From positions 288,001-352,000 of the forward strand of contig CAWFAK010000017.1 in assembly GCA_963813715.1 (NCBI GenBank): 64,000 nucleotides of DNA, in the 5' to 3' direction. Below are positions 57,294 to 64,000 of the stretch, one piece after another. The notes beneath the pieces are model-generated. The model was not told where the DNA came from and made no database searches. It saw only the letters and a program-made list of their open reading frames with translations. Source of the stretch: an uncultured Planctomycetaceae bacterium. Its GTDB lineage: Bacteria; Planctomycetota; Planctomycetia; Planctomycetales; Planctomycetaceae. Numbering within the stretch: position 1 is the first letter of the stretch; every line of letters begins with the position of its first letter. A program made the position numbers and the translations under genes.

Positions 57294-58616
57294 AGGTTCG
57301 GCCGGGCCCCGTGCTGATCGGACTGGCGATTTCGGCCGTCGTGTTTGCCGGGGCGGCGTTCTATTCGCCGGTGGCCGCGAAGGCGATTCCCGCTCGTCTG
57401 CGTCGCGGCGGTCGTGCTGGCCGTCTACGACGGCCTGTGGCTGAATCGCCATCGCGGCGATTTGTCCGTCACGCAGGTCGTGCCGCCGGTTGCCGGCCGC
57501 GATGCGCCGTTCGAGGTCGCGCTTCGCGTTCGCTGCGTGGGGGTGTCGCGGGTGCGGGGACTGCTCCGCACGGTCGTGCCGACGGAAGCGGAGCCGCGGA
57601 TTTGGATCTCCGATTTTCGCCACGAGGGGATCAGTGAAACTCGCGAATTTCGCGCTCGGTTTCGCATCGCCACGCGCGGCCAGTTCGAGTTCGGGCCACC
57701 GTCGGTTGCGCTCAGTGGCCCGTGCCGCGCGCTCGAGGCGCTGTGGGACGTCGGCAACACGAATCGCGTGAAGGTCTATCCCGAAGGGCTCGTGGCCGAG
57801 GACGACCTGTCGCAGAATCTGGCGGCCGAAATTCAGATTCTGGATCGCCGCTCGCGATCGAAACGGCGGAGCGTGGGGACCGAGTTCGAGTCGATCAGCG
57901 AGTTTCGCGCCGGCGACGACCCGCGACGCATCGACTGGCGGGCCACCGCGCGGACGCGGCGGCTTGTCGTGCGGCGGTTTCAAGTCGAGCAGCATCAAGA
58001 CATCTTTGTGCTCATCGATTGCGGCCGGCTGATGGGAAGCGCGGCGGGCCGCGGCACGAAGCTCGATTGTGCCGTCGATTCCGCGCTCTACCTGGCTCGC
58101 GTGGCTCTGTCCAACGGCGACCGCTGTGGGCTGGCCCTCTTCGACAGCACGGTGACTGCCTTTCTGCCGCCCCGCTCGGGACTGGGCGCGCTGCCGACGA
58201 TCGTCGAATGCGTCTACAACGCGCAGACTCGCTGGCAGGAGACCGACTTTGCTCCGCTCTTCGCGCACTTACAGGCCCGCCATCAGAAGCGGGCCGTGCT
58301 CATCATTCTGTCGGACGTCGCCGACCAGGAAACGAGCAAGCGGGCCCGCGTGGCGATCTCGAATCTGGCGTCCCGGCACGTTGTGATCTTCGCAGCCCTG
58401 CAAACGCCCCTGCTCTTTGCCCAAACGCGGGCGCCGATCGGTAATCGGTTGGACGCCGCGCGACAAGTCGTTGCCTACCGGCTGTTGCGCGAGCGCGAGG
58501 AAACTCTGCACACTCTGCGCCGCGGCAGCATCAACGTCCTCGACGTCGAACCGTCGGAGCTGACGCTGCCGTTGATCAACCGCTATCTCGAAGTGCGGTC
58601 GCGCAACGTGGTATAG
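57290..58616 (+). CDS. DUF58 (vWA-like) protein; frameshift near 57390
   Basis: GTEFESISEFRAGDDPRRIDWRATAR, IDCGRLM, GDRCGL, ILSDV. Confidence 0.9.
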
Positions 58617-58640
58617 CGGGGCGACGCGCATTTCGGCGCG

Positions 58641-58726
58641 TCGGGTGGCACTGGCGGCTTGTCCGCCAGTGTCTTCTCGGTGCCTGCGGAAATACCACTG
58701 GCGGACAAGCCGCCAGTGCCACCCGA
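58641..58726. repeat. GGTGG-type REP doublet (perfect 31-bp inverted repeat) between convergent genes
   Basis: TCGGGTGGCACTGGCGGCTTGTCCGCCAGTG (58641-58671) and its exact reverse complement (58696-58726). Confidence 0.9.
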
Positions 58727-58742
58727 GAATAAATCTCGTACG

Positions 58743-59426
58743 TCACGCGCCGCGGAAGCGGTAGCCGATGCCGCGGACCGTTTCGACGTTTTGCGCTCGC
58801 TTGTGCAGCTTTTGTCGCAACGAGCGGATGTGCACGTCGATCGTGCGAGCCAGCGCATTGGCGTCCTCGCCGCGGCAGTTGTCCAAGAGTTCATTCCGCG
58901 TGAACGGGCGCCCCGGTTGCCGCGCCAGCACCCAGAGGATGCGGAACTCCGTCGGCGTCAGGCCGACTTCCGAGCCGTCGACTTTCACCAGGTGGTTGAC
59001 GCGGTCGATCTCGATGCCCGATGCCGAAATTCGCTCATTGGCCGAGCCAGGCGCGTGCGTCCGCCGCAACAGGGCCTTGATCCGGTGAATCAGCGGCTTG
59101 AGCTTGAAGGGCTTGGTGACGTAGTCGTCGGCCCCCATGTTGAAGCCGACGATCTCGTCGACCTCTTCGCTTTTGGCGGTGAGCATCACGATGCGGATGC
59201 CCTGGGTCTTCGGGTCGCTGCGCAGCTCGCGGCAGACCTGCAGACCGTCGACGACCGGCAGCATCAAATCGAGGATCACGAGGTCGGGAAGGATCGAGCG
59301 AGCGCGCGCGAGTCCGTCGCGTCCGTCGGAGGCGGCGAAAACCTCGAAGCCCTCTTTGGTCAAGTTATAGGTCAGGACTTCGACGATCGTCCGCTCATCC
59401 TCGATGAGCAGGATCTTCTGCTTCAT
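58743..59426 (-). CDS. phoB: OmpR/PhoB-family response regulator, PhoB-like
   Basis: ILLIEDE, DLVILDLMLP, MLTAK, GADDYVTKPF, LTPTEF, RTIDVHIRSLRQKL, TVRGIGY; adjacent to a PhoR-like kinase. Confidence 0.8.
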   Translation of the reverse strand: MKQKILLIEDERTIVEVLTYNLTKEGFEVFAASDGRDGLARARSILPDLVILDLMLPVVDGLQVCRELRSDPKTQGIRIVMLTAKSEEVDEIVGFNMGADDYVTKPFKLKPLIHRIKALLRRTHAPGSANERISASGIEIDRVNHLVKVDGSEVGLTPTEFRILWVLARQPGRPFTRNELLDNCRGEDANALARTIDVHIRSLRQKLHKRAQNVETVRGIGYRFRGA

Positions 59427-59445
59427 ACGCCCAGACCCTAACGGG

Positions 59446-59489
59446 ACCATGTCAAGTTTCCGGGTGGGTTGGGTAAAGTTTCCGTGAAG
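59446..59489 (-). promoter_or_regulatory. Putative Pho-box-like 11-bp direct repeats upstream of the regulator
   Basis: Minus strand: cttcacggaaa / ctttacccaac / ccacccggaaa / cttgacatggt. Confidence 0.55.
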
Positions 59490-59713
59490 CATGAGTTGGA
59501 ATTTAATTTGTCGCACGTAGTAGGTTGTTTGCGAATCCTAGCTCACCCACTCCTGTACCGCCACGAGGGGTGCTTCCCACCCAGCCCTGCGTCCGCTGGA
59601 ATCGGCGCGGCGTCGGTCGGGACCGCGGCGCAACTCGGCTTTCCGCAAAGATTTCCGGGAGCAAACTTTTTCACCGGTCGCAAGTTCCCGCTTGGGACCG
59701 ACGTAATGAGGAA

Positions 59714-61125
59714 TCACGCCGACAACGGCAGTCGCACTGTGAACGTTGTGCCGCTCCCCGGTTCGCTTGCGATGCCGATGGTGCCGTCGAATTCCTGAAC
59801 CAAGTGTTTGACGATGGAGAGGCCGAGGCCCGTGCCGCCAACGTCGCGGGAGCGGGCGCGGTCGACACGGTAGAACCGCTCGAAAATTCGCGACTGATGT
59901 TCAGGCCCAATCCCTGGACCGTTGTCTTGTACGTCGATTTGCGCCATGCCGTCGTCAATCCGCCAACGGACGCTGATCGTGCCGCCGTCCTGCGTGTATT
60001 TCACCGCGTTGTCGATCAGGTTGCCGAGGATCGTGTGCAGTCCTTCCTCGTCGGCCATCACGTTGACGTCGGCGGCGGGGGCCTGCGTCACCAGACGCTG
60101 CGACTTGGATTCGGCGACTGCCAGGTGTGCGTCGATGCACTCGCGAACGACGGGCGAGACCTCGACCGCGCGGACGTCAAATACGTTTTCGCCTGATTCG
60201 ATCTGCGCCAGCCGTAACAGGTCCTGAATCAGCGCGTGCAGCCGGTTGGCTTGTTCGCCGATCCGCTCGACGAATTTCGTGCGATGCTCGGGCTCCTCGA
60301 GGGCTCCGTCGAGCAGCGTTTCGGCGTAGGCTTGGATCGCGGTCAGGGGCGTTTTCAGTTCGTGCGACACGTTGGAGACGAATTCGCGGCGGATATTTTC
60401 CAGGCGGCGCAGCTCGGTGACGTTATGGAAGACGAGCACCACGCCCGAGGTCGGGTTGCCCGGCAGCCGTGACGCGAGGACGGCGACGACGGCGTGCTTG
60501 CGGGGCAGGTCGATCTCGAGGCTGGTGGCTTCGCCGCCGGCGAGAACGGTGCGGATCACTTCGTTGATCCGCGCGTGTCGAATGACTTCAAAGAGGGGAC
60601 GGCCGACCGGTGTGCTGGCCTGCATGTCGAGCAGGTTGCGCGCGGCCCGGTTGGCGAACAGGATTCGCTGGTTCTCGTCGACGGCGACGACCCCTTCGAC
60701 CATGCTGCCCAGCACGGTCTCCAAGCCGCTCGGTGCTTTCCTGCAGTTGGCGGCTCTTGCGCTGCAGCTCTTCGATCCGCGTTTCGAGTTGGCGGTTCAT
60801 CGAGTCGATGGCCGACTCGAGATTGCGGGCCGTTCCGCGGGAGGCCGGCGGTGCGGACCAGAGCGGTTCCCCCAACTCGCGGGCGGCGGCCGATTCGGTG
60901 ATTCCCGCCAGCCGGACCGCGGCCCGGTGCAGCACGCCCCACGTTAAAAAGAGCCCCAGCGTGGCGACCATCAACACCGCCGCCCAGACGGCGGTCCCGC
61001 CCGTCGCGCACACTGGCGGCTGGGTCGGCCCCCAGTTGCGGCAGGCCGCCGAAGAACCAGGCTGCGGCCGCTGCCAGCAGCAGGTATCCGAGGGCGGCAG
61101 TCCAGAAAAAGCGGGACGAAAACAT
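59714..61125 (-). CDS. phoR: PhoR-like sensor histidine kinase (TM, HAMP, PAS, HisKA, HATPase); frameshifts near 61010 and 60725
   Basis: MVEGVVAVD PAS; REFVSNVSHELKTPLT; NLIDNAVKY; RIFERFYRVDRARSRDVGGTGLGLSIVKH. Confidence 0.85.
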
Positions 61126-61284
61126 CGCGTTAGCGTGGGGTTTTCAGCAGTGACAGCACACGAGCCGAGTGCGCCGAACGGGGCGGGAACTCGAATTGCC
61201 GTCTTTTTCGGGATTGACTACGATCCGCCGCCATTTTGACGCACCGCGCGCGACCGTTCAAATCGAGCGTCCAAGGAGGGAGCC

Positions 61285-62079
61285 GTGCGACCACCGGAAC
61301 GCTACAACTTCGTCACGCAAACGCGTTACGGCACGCTCGTTTATAACAAGAACGATCATGCGTGTCGGCCGGTCGTTGGAGTTGTACGGCGAATACTGCG
61401 AACGGGCAATCGTCGTCTTCGACCAGATCCTGACGGCAGGCCAGGTTGTGATCGACGTCGGTGCCAACATCGGCACGCATACGCTGTTCTTCGCCAAGAA
61501 AGTCGGGCCGGCGGGCTGCGTGCTGGCCTTCGAGCCGCGGCGGCTCGCTGTTCCAGACACTTTGCGGCAACATGGCGATCAACAGCATCACCAACGTCCA
61601 CTGCTGGAATGCGGCCGTCGGCGATCGTCGGGGCGAGATCTGCGTGTCGCGGGTCGACCACGAACGGCCGATCGATTTCTCCAGCCTCGAAGTTGGCGGC
61701 AACGACGGCGACCGGGTGCCCGTGATCGAGCTGGACGGGATGAACCTGCCCCGCTGCAACCTGCTGCGGATTGCGTCTACCGGGAATGGAATGCGCGGTG
61801 CTCGACGGGGCGGTCTCGCTGCTCAAGCGGGCCAAGCCCATCGTCCACATTACGAGCCAACTCGACGCGGCCCGCGAGGCGCGATTGCTCGAGCGACTAA
61901 CGGAGCTGGGCTACGCCGCCTATTGGCACGCGGCCGATCTCTTCAATCCGCTCAACCACGCCGGCAACGGGGAGAACGTGTTCGGCACTCAGGCCGATCG
62001 TTGCCTGTTGTGCGTCGACATGGCGGTCGAGCGGCACCTCACAGGCTTCACCAAGGCCACCGGCGCCGAGGCGGCTTAA
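61285..62079 (+). CDS. FkbM-family methyltransferase; several frameshifts
   Basis: VGRSLELYGEYCE, VIDVGANIGTHT, AFEP, LFQTLCGN, FNPLNHAGN. Confidence 0.8.
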
Positions 62080-62311
62080 GCGATCGGTTGGGCCCCCGGT
62101 GGCATGTCGGAATCTTGCGCGCCCGCTACACTAGCGCGTAGGGCCGGTTGTGCCTGCCGCTCCGCTCGCGCCCGTCCCGGTTGTTCAACGGGTGGCATTG
62201 GCGGCCGTTTGCGAGCGTTTTGAGCCGCGGATTGGTCCGGACGCCATAAAGACGGCAGGCGCAGCCTGCCCTGGTGGCCATCGACCGGATTCCTTCCCAC
62301 GCAGGTGCCCG

Positions 62312-63111
62312 TTGGATTGCACATCAGCGGAGTTCACATCCGCCGACGTCGAGCGGATCCGTTCCGCCGGACTGGTCGGCGAGCTCGAAGTGCACTCCGA
62401 GATTGGCTCGACCAACAACCGCGCGGCGGAGCGCGCTGCGGATGCGGCACTTCCCTGCCCTTGCCTGATTCTGGCCGCGCGGCAAACGGCCGGTCGGGGC
62501 GCGGGAGCAACGTTTGGTGGTCCGGGCCGGGAGCGCTCACGTTTTCGGTCGTGCTCGAGCCGCGGCGCGTTGGGCTGCCGATCGAGAGCTATCCGCAAGT
62601 CGCGCTGGCCGCCGGCCTGGCGGTTTGCGAAGTGATCCAACAATCGTTGCCACAGGCCGTCGTCGGCTTGAAGTGGCCCAACGACGTCTTCTTGTCGGGC
62701 AAGAAAGTCAGCGGCATTCTGCTGGAGTCACCGCAAAGCAGCTCGGCACGCCTGATCGCAGGAATTGGACTGAACGTCAACAACTCGTTGGCTGCCGCGC
62801 CGGCGGAGTTGCGGCGCACGGCCGTCTCGATGATCGACGTCGCCGGCGCACGTTTGGATCGCACCGGGGTGCTCATCTTGCTGCTGGAGCGCCTCGACGT
62901 GTGGCTCCGCGCCCTGGCGCTCAACGGTCCCGGAGTCTTCGAACGCTGGCGGCCTTACTGCGTGCTGACGGGCAAGCACGTCAGCCTGCGCGCCGGCACG
63001 CGCGACGTCGAGGGGCTGTGCCGGGGAATCGACGACGGCGGACGCCTGCTCATCGCGACGTCGCAAGGGACCGAAGCGCACCGCAGCGGCACGGTCCTGT
63101 CGTTCGAGTGA
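62312..63111 (+). CDS. birA: Biotin-[acetyl-CoA carboxylase] ligase; frameshift near 62500, start approximate
   Basis: IGSTN, QTAGRG/RG..WWS, LKWPNDV, KKVSGILLE, GIGLNVN, GIDDGGRL. Confidence 0.92.
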
Positions 63112-63119
63112 CCGCCCGA

Positions 63120-64000
63120 CTACTTCGACGAGCCGCTCGACAGGAAGCGGAACAGGCCCTTGCCCTTCTTGGGCTCGTCGGGACTGTCGCCCCCCACGTT
63201 CTTGTCGATGCTCAGCGCCAGTTGCTGGATCGATTTTGTCAGTTTCGATTTCGGCGCCTGAGTGATCAGCGGCACGCCGTTGTTCCGCGATTCGACCATG
63301 GCCGCGTATTCGTTGGGAATCTGCCAGAAGATTTCGCGGCCGATCGTTTCGACGGCCTTGGTGAGACTGATCTGCGTCTCTTCGAGCCCCAGCCGATTGA
63401 CGACGACTCTGATCTTATCGCTGATCCCTTCCTGGCGGTCGAAGAACTGCAGCAGCCGGACCACGTTCCGCAGGCCGGGCAGATCGAGCTGCGCGACCAG
63501 GAGCACCGCGTCGGAGGCCCTCATCGCGGCCAGCTCGAGCGGGCTGTAGGCCTTGGCAAGGTCGATGATCAAATGCGTGAACGTGGCCTTGAGCAGCGTG
63601 ATCACGCGTCGCAGCTCTTCGGGATTGATCGGCGTTGCTTCCTCGAGGTGGATCGGACGCGGCAGCAGGAACGCGCCGCATTCGTGCTTGGTCAGCGACC
63701 GCTTGAGTAGCGCGTAGTCGAGCCGCGTGATATTTTCGGCGACGTCCTGAATTGTGTAGTCCGGAATGATGTCGAGCCAGACGTCGGCATCGCCCAGCGA
63801 CAGATCGAGGTCAATGACGGCGACGCTGTTGGCCGGATTCTGCGCAAGCACGCAGGCGAGGTTTACCGCCAGCGAGGTGCAGCCCACGCCGCCGGCCGCG
63901 CCTGCGATCGTGTAGATCTGGCTGGAGCGGACCTCGGTTTCGCCTTCGCGGAGGCCGTGAATCTGTTGAATGCGGTGCAGCGCGGCCAGAAAGTCTTCGA
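63120..64000 (-). CDS. CpaE/TadZ-like pilus assembly MinD-type ATPase (5' end outside the window)
   Basis: GAAGGVGCTSLAVNLA, IDLDLSLGD, RLDYALL, IIDL, LPGLRN, NNGVPL. Confidence 0.8.
   Translation of the reverse strand, partial: EDFLAALHRIQQIHGLREGETEVRSSQIYTIAGAAGGVGCTSLAVNLACVLAQNPANSVAVIDLDLSLGDADVWLDIIPDYTIQDVAENITRLDYALLKRSLTKHECGAFLLPRPIHLEEATPINPEELRRVITLLKATFTHLIIDLAKAYSPLELAAMRASDAVLLVAQLDLPGLRNVVRLLQFFDRQEGISDKIRVVVNRLGLEETQISLTKAVETIGREIFWQIPNEYAAMVESRNNGVPLITQAPKSKLTKSIQQLALSIDKNVGGDSPDEPKKGKGLFRFLSSGSSK

Overview
This is a GC-rich bacterial window whose gene content and repeat types look like Planctomycetota (inferred, not tested). Recognisable genes include an acyl-CoA ligase, a PlsC-type acyltransferase, purH, cysE, two tandem CocE/NonD hydrolases, two divergent APC permeases, an OprB-type porin, SppA, an IorAB-type molybdoenzyme, glutamate decarboxylase, a DUF4129-DUF4350-MoxR-DUF58 operon, phoR/phoB, birA and a partial CpaE-like gene. 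About 20 genes, including housekeeping purH and birA, change frame. These are most likely read or assembly indels, so many boundaries are approximate. I found no rRNA, intact tRNA or CRISPR array. The best leads are: (1) an apparently shared non-coding repeat architecture (TCCSGWCCSR-ATTCAG-N9-TAA-N19-TT...) at 7.0-7.7 kb, where it brackets a small ORF, and in a tandem array with 183/208-bp spacing at 41.6-42.1 kb; (2) a lower-GC operon led by a secreted 14-Cys miniprotein, with an unknown protein and a DUF1573 protein, next to a RAYT/IS200-type transposase remnant; (3) several REP/REPIN families, two copies of which flank one peptidase gene; (4) a GyrI-like/reductase/P450/AlkD-like putative genotoxin-defence cluster; and (5) a stand-alone MshEN-like protein. 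All family calls come from motif recognition by eye; no database search was run.
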